DNA from: Catajapyx aquilonaris | Taxonomy: Eukaryota | Reading direction: 5' to 3' | Assembly (NCBI GenBank): GCA_000934665.2 | Contig: KZ538385.1 | Span: 62,001 to 126,000 of the forward strand | Length of the DNA stretch: 64,000 nt | Part shown: in pieces, positions 13,935 through 27,900 of the stretch | Position numbering within the stretch: position 1 is the stretch's first letter | How the letters are laid out: every line of letters begins with the position of its first letter | Translations under genes and position numbers: made by a program | Notes under the pieces: model-generated | Told to the model about the DNA's origin: nothing | Seen by the model: only the letters and a program-made list of their open reading frames with translations | Database searches by the model: none

Positions 13935-16900
13935 CATTACGTTCGGAGGAGGTTCGGACTAACTGTAAGTGGACTTCATCAGGACCTGATCAGGAGATAG
14001 AGCAGAAAATTGCTACTTAGTTATGTAAATAACTCAAATTTGCCAAAAGTGGTGCGTTTCACTTATATGCCCACGATTTCGGCTACATTTGCGAGTTAAC
14101 TTGCATTTACAGGGAAATGTGATGAAATTGATGGAAAGCCGCTAAACATGTATATTCGAATTAAAATTTGTACGAGTTTGCAATCAGCCGAATTCTGTCA
14201 GTCGCACTTTTCAAAATCGTCACATTTTTGTAGCAGACTATAATCTCAGTTGACAGCTCCATGAGTGAAAGTTAGTGAAAATTTATATATATTTTTTCTG
14301 CCAGATCTGGAGGGGAGGGCTTAGCCTTATCGCACAGTATTTGGCAGTATAACCCTCCCGATAACCGTATAGCGGGGCATATAGAGAGATGCCGAGGCAA
14401 ATGGCCTGCTTTTTTTTTTTCGCCTTTCCTCTCTCCCCGCTTTCAAACTTGAGAGTTTGGTCGCAAGTTTCGCAGACAAGCTGAGAATCCCAAGAAAGGA
14501 GAAGCGTTTCTGTGCAGCAGCCATTCTCCCAACTGCCACTTGATGTGGATTAAACAGAAAATGGGGGGGACGGACTATACAAGATCCCAGGCCCGTTTCT
14601 CTCTCCTTTTCCTCCCCGCGAGAAATTGCGCCTTGCAAACTATACGGTAGAAGGTATAATGGAAAAGCCTCCTTCCAGATTATCGCAAACGTATAGCCCC
14701 TCCTAGCAGCAAAGGGTATTATTCAATTCCTGATTGAGCAGTTTTCGCAGCGGTTGGCTCCCTAAAAATACCTAGTTCCCAGTCATGCATACGGAGCTCA
14801 GAAATTCCCTTTGAAGCGAGGTGTGCATGACAACTGTTGAGCACATCCTTTGCACCGGTAAACTTCAAGAGAGCTTGTTTAGAAAATGTTTCAATGTGTG
14901 TTTTTTTTCCCCCTGAACGCTCCATGTCCTCGGGTAGGGAAATACACATGCATCTAACACTAACTTCCGGGAGCTGCATAAAACGGGAGTCTGCACTTTT
15001 CCACTCTTTTTTTCCACCCGTACGTATTACTGGTCCTGGCTCATATCCGTGTAGGCTGGGGAAGTTTATGTCCATCTCGTTTTCGCGCTGGAGGAAGCGG
15101 GCCATTTGTTCCCTGTTAAATGTCTCCTGAAAAAGCCCCGGCTCGTAGCATGGGGAGGGCCGTATGTGTAATAATTCGCGCTGGCCCCTGTCCCCCCACG
15201 AGGTCTCTCTCTCTCTCTCTCTCTCTTTTTTGCGTGTCCTCAGACACTTTTCGGTTCCGCCTGCTTTTCTGTGCCATGCGGTCTTAATCCCCAGGCTTTG
15301 TTTGCGCACTGGTTTGTGTATATATACGAGCACGGCGAGAAATTGCGCGTCACGGCGTCGAGTTCATTTGGCGTAAGAACTGCATTGCGCGATCACTCTC
15401 AGCGTCGTTTCTTTTTACGCGGCGCATTGTTGCCGGTTTGGGACTTGAAGTTGGTGTCTTTTCACCTATACAGACTGTGCACTGTGCAGATTTTACGTGC
15501 ATAAAATAAATACGCATATAAAATGAAATGCGTAAAATAAATACGAACTGAGCGACACCATAAATTCTGGCCAGAGTAATTATTATTGTTGTTATTATAA
15601 GCGGTTAAAAACGGTGTTTTAATGAACGTATATTTTGTGTGCAATGATGATATAGGCTTTCCCGTAATGGCCCAAGGTACAATAATGGGTAGATGTACTT
15701 ACGCGATAAATAATAGAGCCGATAATAGCGTCATATTATAACGGAAGAATAAACAATGTTTTAAAAGCCAATTTACGGACCTATTTTTTAACAATCGGGT
15801 TCCGCGCGGTTTGCAATTATCATTGCGTTGATATACCATTTGCTGTTATTGCTGATGAAAGTTACGATATTCGGAATTGGGCAGCAGTTAATTTCGATGT
15901 TATTTGCTAGTTCTAGTTAGTAATATGCGTATTTTTTTTCTCCTTAGAAGATCATGCTTGCAATCATATTTTTGGGAGTGTAGGCCGTTGTTACTTGTTT
16001 CCAGTCTTGTATACAGGCTTTACACCTGTCAAGAGTTTGTACTCTAGCTGCCACAAATAAATGATGAGCGCAATAAAAACATTTCATATCACCGCTAATC
16101 TGTTTATTTTTTTTTATTGTGACGCGCAGCACAAACGAGCAATATAATATTGTGTTTTAAAGGGATTAATTGGTGTCAGTTTGGCAAATGACAATGTTGT
16201 TCGAAGGCAGATATGAACCGCAATTATTAGCCTATTATCCCCTCTGTCTGATTTATTGTGGCGTATTATTCTAACTCATCCGTGAAGCTGTGCAAGCGTG
16301 TACTGTACCTGCCGTTAACCGTATAACAACGGACAATTTGACGCTATTTAGCATTTTTCGGGAGGCATTTTTATTGGTGAATTTCAAACTTAGGCAAAAA
16401 AACGATCGGGGATGTAATCCGAGATGGTGTTGATTTTAATTTGGGGGCCTTTCCTTCCGCTTAGGAACCGCCAAGGGGGAACGATGGGAAGTTGGAAACT
16501 TTATCTCCTTCTTTTTTTTTTTAACTTCTTCTTCTCCTATTTTTAAGCGCCTTTGCGAAATCGGCCGTATATATCGGAAAAAGATTTTTCTCTGCAGCTC
16601 ATCGGAAGTGCTCGGGGAGCTCTTCTCGTCCAAGTCGCGCAGCTATCATAGCGAATATGCGCCAGAGGCTGAAAAAGAGGAATGTCTGGCTGTATTCGAG
16701 TCAAGGGATCGTTTTATTCCATCCGCCTCACCTTTTGCGACGCAAGAATTGCAGCACAGATTGGAAGGACGCACCAAGTTTTTCGCAAATTTCATCCTAT
16801 ATATCCTGGGATATATCGTGGGCCATATGCCCGGATGCAAGTTTTGATTGACTTAAAATTACTAATAATAAATAATATGAATTGATGACACACATTGTTA

Positions 16901-19900
16901 CTGGGTACAATATATATTGTGGTCAATTGTGACCTCGTGCGAGCCCCTACATAAAGGGATCCTGTGGCTCGCAATTCTAAAAGTCCATCTTTCCTGGAAC
17001 ACCTTGTATGAAGCCATGAAGCGAAAGACCATGGATTTTTGGACTGTTTCCGATGAGCGGCGGCCAATCAGGTGGAGACGCATGACAAGGAGGATTAATG
17101 ACTTGAAGTAATATTTCCGACGATAGCGTGATCGGAATGTGTGTGCACACAAAAGGAAGAGAGCCGAAGTAGGCAAAAAGGAGAAAAGCCTTCTTTTCGC
17201 ATCGGAGAATTTATCATGCGGAAGCCTGCGTCCTGGAAGATCGAATCCATGAAATTGCAGTTTCGGAATGAGACGGCAGTAACTTTTTTCTCTCCTTCCT
17301 TCAGAAGTGCTGTTTTCTTCCATATTTTTTTAGAGGAGGGAAAGGGGGAGAGGGAGCAGAGGGAGTGAGGAGAGGGAGGAACCAGAGGGAAAAGTATATA
17401 TTCCAGAGACATTTTTGTAGCAGCGTTTAAAAGGACCGTTAAGGAATGCAAAAAGGACATATTTTTTCTTCTTCGTAGCAGATCCGTCCTAGATTGGAAG
17501 TTTTTCATACATGTAGTTACAACTTCGTGATGCCATGTCCCAACTTTTTTTTTGCCGCTTCCTTTTTCTAGAGGGGGGGGGGGGGGGCCCCCAGGGGGGA
17601 AGTTCTTGATTTGAATACCGTGCTGAAATATCTAGCGTCGACGTTTGTGATGAATAGGCACAGGAATCGCATAACGTGAATTTTCGCTGCGCCAGCCCTT
17701 ATATTGAGATGGACACCGAGTGCAGTTCCCATACCGCGGAACACGTTGGACTCCGACCCTCTTTTACTGAGTTATGGCCGGAGATGAAATATTAAACTTG
17801 TAATGCAAAGTATTGCTAACCACCCGGAATAAGAATGCACGGATTCAATATCTGTCATTTAAATGACTGCTCTTGCTCGCGCCAACTGCTGGTTGCGGAA
17901 GTTGTAGTCATCATATTTGGAGATATAAACAGCCATTCGATGGCTTTAAGGCAGGATAGGCTTATATTAGGGAACGTATTTTACTTCTCTTCACAGTACA
18001 GCAGTTCATGCACAGTATGTTCCATTTAAAATGTACTTTTGCCATCTACTTAGTATTGTGAATAGTGTTCTGTTGTAATAATGGATGTGAAAATATTGGC
18101 TATTGATATTAATGAAAGGCCCGGCCACCACTTGGACATGCACTGTGCTCCTGATTATCCGGCTTCGGATTATCCGTGCATCGCAAAAAAATTAATTAAA
18201 AATATAGTACGAAATGCCACTACCAGGTGGCGGGCGCACATGCTTCTCTGCACACTGCTGCCGCTCTCAGGGGGAAAGGAGTACTACATGCACGTTGGTG
18301 ATGAATCATCGTGAGATCATCTAGCCAATTCTCTACACATGATATCTGTAGATACCTCTTTTCGCACTTGGAAATGGTCCTGTGTAAGCTTCTAACACCT
18401 CTTTCCCCTCGAGAGGATAAAGGCTGTAGACGCAGTGTCCGGTTATAGTTATCGGATGCGCTAATTCGATCCGATACGTACAAAGTTTGGGGGTAATAAA
18501 ATCGGGCTATCCCAAGGATCTCGTATTTGGAAATCCATGATATAGGAGTGGACATGGTCGGGTTTCGGCAACGATGCCATTTGTCTGGGAATTACTGCGT
18601 TGGCGGGAGTATCTGTGACACTTTCAGCTTCTTCTTCTTCCCCTTATAGATCTTTAGGGGGCATTTAACTTACTTAGCGCGTCCTCGTAAAGGACACCGG
18701 AGAGCCGCAACCCTAGGCTTTTCTGTAAGGTGGTGGTGGTGGTGGTGGAAAGAGGTGGAAGAGAGGGAGGGGAATTCGCAAAACTTCTTCTTCCTTCTAC
18801 CTCCAACCCAAAACCTTACTCCTGCTGCCTCAAATTGAAGCCGTTCAGTTTTGTTCGCCAGATTTCCAGGCTCGTTATCAGATCACAGCCTTGCATGTAA
18901 TTATGGTCCTACCAACTTGGCTATATATTTTTCGTCTTCTTTGAAAACTAGTTTACTCCGAGATTTCTTGGGGAGAAGAGAGCCATAACTTACGAGGAGA
19001 TTGTAAATTATTCCGCGGGACTGATTGAGCTACAGTTTTAACGGAGGAGTTTGGTGCAAAGTCTGAGATGAAGTTTTTGTTTGCGCAGGATGAATCGTCG
19101 TATAAACTGACATAATAATGTTACTGGCATGGTGCAAAAGGTGTGATAGTTTGTGCACCATCCTGTACCCTATATGGAACTTTTGAGTCATGCTCACTCG
19201 TGCTAACCTGAAAAACGAGAGCTTTTATAATTTAATACAAAAATCCCGATTCGATAATTTTCATACTTATCGGCAGAAACTATAGGGTTAAGTGAATTGA
19301 GACTCATGTATAGACTGTACTTGAAGTGGTCGCTTTTGTGCCAGTTCGGAGGCTCTGAGCGAGTAGTTTTAAATTACAGTAGTTGATTTAAGAGGGCTTA
19401 ATTCTGCACGAATGAGTTGGAATGGCACTTGCAGTTACTGTAATTCCTGCGTAGACTCTGGCCTCGCAGTTGCAATGATGCCATTGACTTAGATTAATCC
19501 GCTCCTTTCAGTTCAAAACCTTGCTAACTATATACTCTCCTCTTGATACTGTATAACTCTGCGAGAGTCAGTCCCTGGAAAGTTTCCACTCTGACGGAAT
19601 AGTCCTCTTTTTTGTGTGTAAAAGGCTAGACACTGCATCCATCGTCATGGTGCTTCCTCTCATTCAGCCGCATCCAACACTGACTTGTTCCTTTTGTATG
19701 TGTGTGGGTGTGTGTGTGATCCTGGCAATGTTCCCTGCCATACGGGGGGAATATTGATTACAAATTGTTCTGTCGCTTAGGCCTGTTGCATTTGCGGCAG
19801 TCTCTCTGGAGTCTCTTGTTTCCCCTGGATAAAAGAGGGGGTTCGAGTTCTATGCCGTGGCAGAACTGTTGACTGATTAGGTGGCCCTCATGTGAGCATC

Positions 19901-19924
19901 GATTCAAAATTTCCGGGATGGATA

Positions 19925-19965
19925 CAACAGGGTGCTTCGTAAAGGGTATACGAAACACCCTGTTG
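19925..19965. repeat. 41-bp hairpin with CAGGGTG(T/C)TTC arms (mariner-type TIR remnant)
   Basis: CAACAGGGTGCTTCGTA / TACGAAACACCCTGTTG, 16/17 complementary, 7-nt loop. Confidence 0.6.
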
Positions 19966-22810
19966 GGTATATAGGCCCTCTAGAATTACGAATTTCTTTG
20001 GTGCGCCTCAGTGGTCGGATCTCGCCCAAAAAAAGATAGAAAAATGGCGGAGGCAGATGTAGGAAGCCATCATCGAATCCGATCACGTATGAAGGGGGCT
20101 CGATGAGGCAGAAATCAGTTTAGAGAGGCCCCGGGTTTATCCGAGCGAAGGTATATACAGTGGAGAGGGTGGGGCTGGGGGGGTTTGCTTCGCAGCCCAG
20201 ATTTAAATTTAGACGTCGGCGGAGGAGGCGAACTAGGCCATAATTCGCCATCGACTTGCGAAACACGTTCCTGGCATGGCAGAAATGATGGACAATGTTG
20301 CTCTAAAACGAGCTTTTGGAGCTTGGTTTCCCGGCACTTAGCTCTACATTTGAGGCGGATTAGGCTGCTGGAGGACTCTAGGGCTTTTCCCCTCCCCCCA
20401 GCCCGCACTTATTAACCATGCAACAAATACGGGTCTAATTTCAGTTCCTATATCCGGTGTACTCCCCTAGGGGGGGCTAGATAGGGGGAGGGGGGGGGGG
20501 GTCTGTCAACCGGCGAAACATGCAGGTCGTGTCCTGACTTCTCTAAGTTGTAGTAAGTTAATTATGGATTTTTGTCATGAATAATTTTGGTAGTTTCCTC
20601 GCGTCGGGTCAAGTTTTGGCTCTTTTTTTTGCGGGGGACGACCTGAAAAATTAGCACTTGAATGGAGGCTGACTGTAACTGTACAAAAGTGGGTTTGAAA
20701 CTGTCATAGTGCGCGACCTGTATGCGGACAGTGCTGTCTTAAAGTCATACACTCTCAGAAAGGGTTGTGTCAAAACCAATTGTCAGAACTACTTGCAACA
20801 CTTGGAATAAGTTAAATGAAGTTTAGTAATTTTTGACCGAAATTTCGAAAATTCCGCAATATTCAAACCACGGTCATATACAAATATGGAAAATCGAGTT
20901 CAGTTATCAGTTCACACCCGTAGAGAGTGGGGTTGCCGCTTCGGCGCTGCTGTAATGTTTAACCGTGTGGCGATCCTGGCGGCAGATAAAGCCTTCCAAA
21001 CCGCCAGTTAAAATTTGAAGACTAATAGATTTGAATTGGTGATTTGGGAGTCTCCGTCCGCCGCCAGTATCGACAGCAGCGCCGAAGCGGCAATCCCACT
21101 TCCTAGGGGTGCCGAGATAACGGCACTGGGGTCTCCATAAGACTGCGGGGTAGGAGTTGCAATGGGCTGATTCACATTCTCTCAAAACATTCCTAATCCT
21201 TCTGCATTCCAGCAGGTCTTCATATACGTAATACCTGCCTTATCGCAAGCCTTATACGATCGTGTTACGTTTTTCCACTGGCTGTCGAGGAGGAGTGCAA
21301 ATAAGCCACGCACGTTTGAACCTCCCCATACAAAGCAGAAGTAGGGCTGAGATTGGCACATTGCATGCGGAACCAAGAGAGGATTGGCCTTGTGTGTTTA
21401 TCGAGGCCGTATTTAGGAATATCGGAATTCATTAGGTGGACCGTGGGGGTGGTTTGGAAACCGATCACGCCATGGCCAAATTGCACGCATCCGACTCTTT
21501 TTATGGTAGCTTCTCTCTCTCTCTCTCTCAGGCCCTCCGTTCTAGACAGGCTCTTAGGGAGTGACTGTAAGAATATTTCCTCCAGGTTCAATCAGGAGTG
21601 ATAGGCTAATGGCCTGGAGGGGCCTCCCTGAAGAGAACTGGAGCCCCAAAAGAGCTGCCGGACTTGCTTCCTAAGTGTTGACAAGGACCCGCCATTTAGG
21701 AGGAGAAGGTTACTCTCCGTTTTAATATCCATCCCATGGGTTCACAGGCCGAGAGTGCACAGGGGAAATGTGGAACCCTTTGAGTCAGACTGTCGCCCTG
21801 GTGGATACGGAGGCTTCCTTGATGAAAACGTGACACAAAGAAAGGGGGGCCATTAGGTGGTGTATAAAATGATTAAAAGTTGGGTTGGAAGCTGAGGAGG
21901 AAGTGGGGATTCATTGTTCGGTGGTTAAGCCGCTGCAAACTTCAGCATTAAAATAATGGGCAAGTTTATTTTTTTTTGTTTTTACATGGTAGCATCGATC
22001 CGAATCTGGTAAACACCGTTTTTGAACGTAGCAATTGGCATGCGACAATTATACGCTAAATCCGGATGTCATAAAGTTGTTCCGTGCTTTACTTGGCGTC
22101 ATAGGAATTACCCACGGGTCTTTATTTACAACCGCGCAACTTGACCTACTCCACAGACACTTGTGTGGTTGGAAACTTCCCGGGTTTATTACGTCCTACT
22201 TGCTGGGTGCTAGTATTTTTAGAGACTGACACCCCCGCGCTGGTTTGCGTCAAACTTTTTGACTTGAAATGGCTGAAGGCGCAATTCATGATGAGATTGT
22301 TGAACTGTAGCTGCTGACACCTGTAACCGGTCGTGAATTATTTACACATCGAGGTAGTTAAACCTGGTCAGTGCTGTTTTATTTTTAAACACGATGCGCT
22401 CTTAGCAGAAGCTGTCAAAGTGACTACCAAAATGCTTGCATTTACAGTAGCAACAAGTGGGTAAGTCCTTGCCAAAAAACTATTTTCGACTCGGCGCGCA
22501 TACTCGGATAAGATGAAGCGTATAGCTTGATTTTTGTGACACAGTATTACTTGCGTTGTTAATTTTTAAGTATTTTCTTACTGCATTTGTTCATTATTGG
22601 GAGTAGTAGGATTAATCTACATGAAGTGCCTGCCAGCTCTGGGTAATTTTGTGCAAACATTGCTTGTAGACACTTATATACTGATTCAAATTGAAGATAT
22701 AAGATTCCGCAAATTACAGTCGGATCATTTCTAGATATTCGTATGGAATATTGTTATTAGGTGATTGACTCAGTTTGGACCAAAATGTGACTGAACTTTC
22801 TTCATTTCAG

Positions 22811-22850
22811 GTCTTCAGATGTTACTGCCCTGCAGAACTTGGACTGGACA
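22811..22850 (+). other. Putative 40-nt non-coding (5' UTR) exon, probably of sfl
   Basis: Flanked by a near-consensus acceptor (ctgaactttcttcatttcag|) and donor (CA|GTAAGT). Another consensus donor GG|GTAAGT lies at 22460/22461. Confidence 0.45.
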
Positions 22851-24973
22851 GTAAGTAGTAGCCCAACTTTGTGAACCTAAGCTTAGGGCTTAGCTGTCTA
22901 GACTTGATCCGTCTTTTCCCGTTATCACTATTTTTTTATTTTAAAAAACTTCAAGGATGTCCACTGTCGAGTCGCGCGGGTCATAATTAAAACTTTCTGA
23001 CCGTCCAGTATAGGCGTGGTCATGACCCCGGAGTTGAAAGCCGGAAAAAATGGGCCCCACTCTGGAGTTGGGGTGTAACAAACAACCCCGAGGAAGGGTC
23101 TTCGAGAGTGGTTAATAGGGTGAGGTAAAAGCATCAAGAAGGTCCTACGGGGGTTTTTCGGAGCCAGATGAAAAATGGGACAAGGAGCCAGGTAGAAAGG
23201 ATGGACGGTTGAAAAACTTTCTTCTTTTCCCCCCCAGATAAGTGTGGTTGGTCTAGCCCGCCAGCCGCCATTGAAACAAAAGACTACCGCAAAGGCAATG
23301 TTGCCACTCCGGCCACCATTGCCTTTCGATCGCATTGTAATGTCCCCAAGGAAAAGGTATTCAGCCCCAGTAATTTGGATGTAATTCGAGAGTCGCTCCG
23401 GCTGTTGTGGTGACGTAATAATTAATTCCGGACCCTCTCTCTCTCTCAGCAGCCCAAGGAGCTAGGGGCTTTCTATGTATAAATCCTTGGAGGGTAGTGA
23501 AGCAGTTTCCTCCCCGGAAAGCCTCCACTGTTCAAGTCGCAATTCGGCCTTTATCAAATGTCGCAGAAGTAAAAGCGGGTGGGGTGGGTTTCACAATAGC
23601 TTGACGGAATAATGCAACGGACGTAATACTAATTTATCGCCGCCACTTTGCCAGCGTTGCCAGCCATCCATGAGGCGGCATTTTCGTGGGAAACGGGTAA
23701 ACTAATAATTACCTCAGATCCATCTCGCGGGGTATATGTTTAACGAGCGGTAATTCCCCGCCCGAAATATTTTGAATGGGGGCGAGACACAATTTATTGT
23801 CGAGGCTAGGACACAACGGAGCCCACCTCTGTTTGGAGGCAATGAATAGTACCAATCACGTGGAAAACGAAGCTGGGAAGCGGCAATGTGAAGTCATGCG
23901 CATGCTGCAAAGAGGCTTTTCGTTGGGTGGAGTTGGGTGGGTGGATAATATGTTGGGGGAAAAAAAGGTGTGTTCACTGTGCTGAAGGGATATCCCCGCT
24001 TTTTTGGGTGTGCACTCAATGAGCCGATTATTCTCTCCCTGCATTCCAGCAGTGTTTCACTGGGGACATCCCACCGTTTATTAGTGCTAGGGGGATGGGT
24101 GATGGAAAGGGTGGAGAGTGAGAGAGGGTGATGCGGGTATACACACATGTTGGATGGGGGTAGTTTGGGTTCAGCTGGCCGCAAAGTCCCTCCGTCCACC
24201 CTGCCAACAGCATCAAAATTGTCATTAAAATGTGAGTGGATCAAAGAGTACCTCGTGGATTTGTGCTTCAAATTCTGTTAGGCTTCGGATCCAAAAAGGT
24301 TGTAACGCTCGGTGATTTCCAAACAGCATGGCGGATTTTTTTTTTAAACTGGCCATATCTGCTTTTTGTGGGTTTTTTGGCAACTGATTTTATTAAGGGT
24401 GTATCGGCGTGCCGGTGACATTAATTTGTGGTAACAGTTTTCGTGTGTTGAGGAATAAAAGATTGTGGTCAGGCGGCAACGGATGTTGGTGCGTGTTTTT
24501 ATAATTGCGTGTTAGTCGGTGTTGACAAGTCTTAAGACGTAATAATTAAGACTGCCAACCTGTCACATTCGGTTTTGGTTTCGCCACGTCAGAAGGAGTT
24601 GGCGGCTCCTGTGGCGACATCCAGCAATTGAAAGTGACACTAGCTCTTGACTAACGTGCCATCTTGTGGTTAGCCTAGTGAAGCTCATAACATTTCCATT
24701 GTAGACAATATTGTCATCCATGTCAGGTCAGCTCTTTTCGCCCAAAATCCCAGCCTTTTTTCGTTAAAATATTTGAGAGTCGTCTGGCGAGAATAAACGG
24801 CATCATGGCTTGATGTGAGTGCCACCTAGCAGCTTCTCCCTCGGATTAAGTGGCGCTTTTACTCATGCGATGGCACGTGTTCCGTAAAGTGACACGTTCT
24901 TTCAGGCTCCGAGAATAATGGATGGCTTATATACTCTTTTTAGAGGGTGGAATAATGGGCGGCTTAAATAATA

Positions 24974-24987
24974 NNNNNNNNNNNNNN
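24974..24987. other. Assembly gap (14 N) next to a poly-C run
   Basis: N run in the sequence. Confidence 0.99.
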
Positions 24988-27900
24988 CCCCCCCCCCCCC
25001 CTTCCTCCGGTTGTATCATCGCTCCTTAAACATGCTCCTAAACGGTTGGTAAGTCGACTGACTCCCCGGCCAGAGGACACACGCACACACAAAAAAGGAA
25101 GGTCCAGTGGTTTCTCACCTGAGGCCAGAACATGATAACAGCTTGAGTGGAATACAGGGGGAGGATCCTTTCTTCTTCATACAAATTAACCCAACACCTT
25201 GGTTGATTATAGCGGCTAGGGCTGCTGGGGAGTCCAGGGGATCCAATTAGCGCTGACAGCCTCTCTCTCCTGGGTCTGCAAACAAGGGTGCGCTTATGTC
25301 CCCGGACTTTGTAATATGGCGTACCGAACGCGCCCACCCATCGCCCCGGAGTTTTAAGGCCACTCCGGATTTATGTTCTCCATTCGCCATTTTCTGGGCA
25401 GTGATTGGGGGGAAAGTGGCTGATTTGTAGGCGCTAAAATCGAGCTAAAACAAATCAGGAGCTAACAATAAATTTGCAGAAAATAATGAGATAGAACAAT
25501 TGGACGGTGTTATGCACCCACAAAAAGATGTCAAAATTGAGTTAAACCCAGGAACTTATATACACAAGGGATCGTACTTCATTCCGTTAAAATCGATATG
25601 GCGAAATCTGCATACTTCTGCCATAAATGACCGAAAAGGACACTGAATTAATTTCAGAGGTGTGACATTCAAATGCCCTTTTTTTTCTTCAAAATTGTTC
25701 TCGTGTGGGTTGGCTCATTGTTGCATAACACTGTCCAATTAATATATTCATTTACTCGAGTCTAATTTCTGATGCTGGCGGGACGTCACTATTGTCGTTT
25801 TGGTGAATATTATCCAACCTTTAAAACCCATACTGGCATAATCCGGTATTTACTTGTGTTTGTTCTCATGGCCAGTTATGATTATGTACTGGCACTCATT
25901 ACACCTAATCAGATATTTTCGCTTACATATAATAGGGTTTGAAGAATGATTATTCTAGGATGATTTCCTGATTATCTCTTTCGAGTTGTATGCAGGCAAA
26001 TTAAGTGATGGCATATGCCTATACTGTGAATACATAATCGGAGATTTACCCTAATTTGCACAACCGGCTCTGATGGACCGCTTCCGAAAATCGCTGTTCC
26101 AGCTAAACGCAGACAGATCCTTTCGGCAGGTGCTTATTTATTTATCTGGGCACAAATACGGCGTGATTGACCCCGAGGCTAGAGTTGCAATTAGCATCAA
26201 ATTACCATTACACGGCGGGGTTGTCTCGTCACGCGTGATAGAGTGCGGCGGGGGATGGGGCTAACTTACTTGTTAGATCAATTTTGAGGAGTGGGTGGGT
26301 GGGTGGGGTGGGTGGGAAAGGCCGACCACAATGGCGTCTTTAATTTGGGTTGGATGTGGTGGTCCCTTCCGCCTGGACTCATTCGAAATTCAGGCTTCTG
26401 CCGCGATGATCTTACACAAAAGTATTTCCTGGGAGTACAAGAGTTGGGAGCTTGAAACTTCATCGCTCCGGAGAGAGAGGTTGTAACCCTCCTCCTTATT
26501 TCCCCCCCAAAAGGGAGAGGGGGAGGGGGGGGGAGTTCCAGCAGCTGCTGCCAGGAGAAGCCCGATTTGGCTTTAATAATTAATAACTGCTCCGTGATTG
26601 GGTTATTCACGGTCGGATCCAGTGCCTGTGAACACGGGAAGGATGTAATAAAGACATTGAAGGAGCGTTACGACCTGTAGGGGGGGTGGTTCTTGGGGGA
26701 GCTTTTCCTTTTCAAGATAGTCATTCCTCCGTGATGTAATAATAGAGTTGCCTGCAGCTTCTTGCCGATTTTTGAACTTGTTTTGTGCTTGTTGCTAGGG
26801 GCTGGCTTTTCGGTTGCGGTTGAGTGCGATATTTCCATATTCGTACCTGGCAGGTGAGGTTATTATTGAGGTAAAGTGGCGGTCACCTGCAGGCGACATA
26901 CTACCTGGAGGTGTAAAAGGTTGTTTCAACTTGAATGTTTCCTTTCTCGAGTGCTGACGGTTGTATTGCTTGCTCCAGCAGGATTCGAAATCGCAAATTC
27001 CAAAGAACACTGTCGCCTAAGCCGATCTGCATATCCGTCGTGGCTCCACCCCATGCAGCGATGCCACATTCCGTCTGTCGCCCCCACGAGATGGTCATCC
27101 ACCCTGCAGTCTGGGGCATAAAATTGCAATAAACTTAACAATCGATGAGGGCGGGTTGTTTAGCCCCGGATATTCCCCCCCCNCCCCCCCCCCAATGTCC
27201 GCCTAGTCTTCTGGAATCGAGCCCAATAAGATTGAAATTAATTCGCGCGCAATCAGGGCTAAGACCTCTTGATGGATCCTCTGTGCGAGTCGATGTTGCT
27301 CCGACTGGATTTTAAGGGACAGGAGTTGGCACAGTGCTCCGGGGTTTAACTCTCTCATCCCAAACGACAAGAGGAGGAAAGCAAATGTAAATGCTTTTCA
27401 AACTGAAGAACGGAAATTGTTTGCTAACTTGTCGATCAAAAAAAAAAAGGATTTGTCTAAGGTTTTCTTTATAAAAAAAAACAGGTGACCTTGCTGCTGC
27501 GTTATTAAAATTAATGGCAGATGAGAGGTATGATTTGGAGCTGATTATACTTGATGACACTGAGTGCAGTTTATTATAACGTAATACCGGTCCTTAACCC
27601 GGGCGCACAAAAACAGGGGTAATTGGATTGGCAACTTATTTTCGTGACAGCGTTCACTGACAAGTTAGTTTATGCTTCGGTAAATTTTGAAGGGGGGGAA
27701 AAAATAGCGGCACGCGCTTCTGGAAAGGTAAATTTTTGAACTATGTCCAGTTTGGCACCTATGTGATGAGACGATTAGGACTAATTATTGGTATCCGGTC
27801 AAATTAGCTGTCTTGCAATGTTGACGGCATGACGAAAATGTTCGTGGCCTATCTGAACTCTCAGCAGTCCGGCAGTGGGGTATGTAGACATACTGATAAA

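Noticed and set aside
14719..15333. 204-aa minus-strand ORF
   Set aside because: Includes a GA microsatellite (ERERE) and has no family motifs; a chance ORF.
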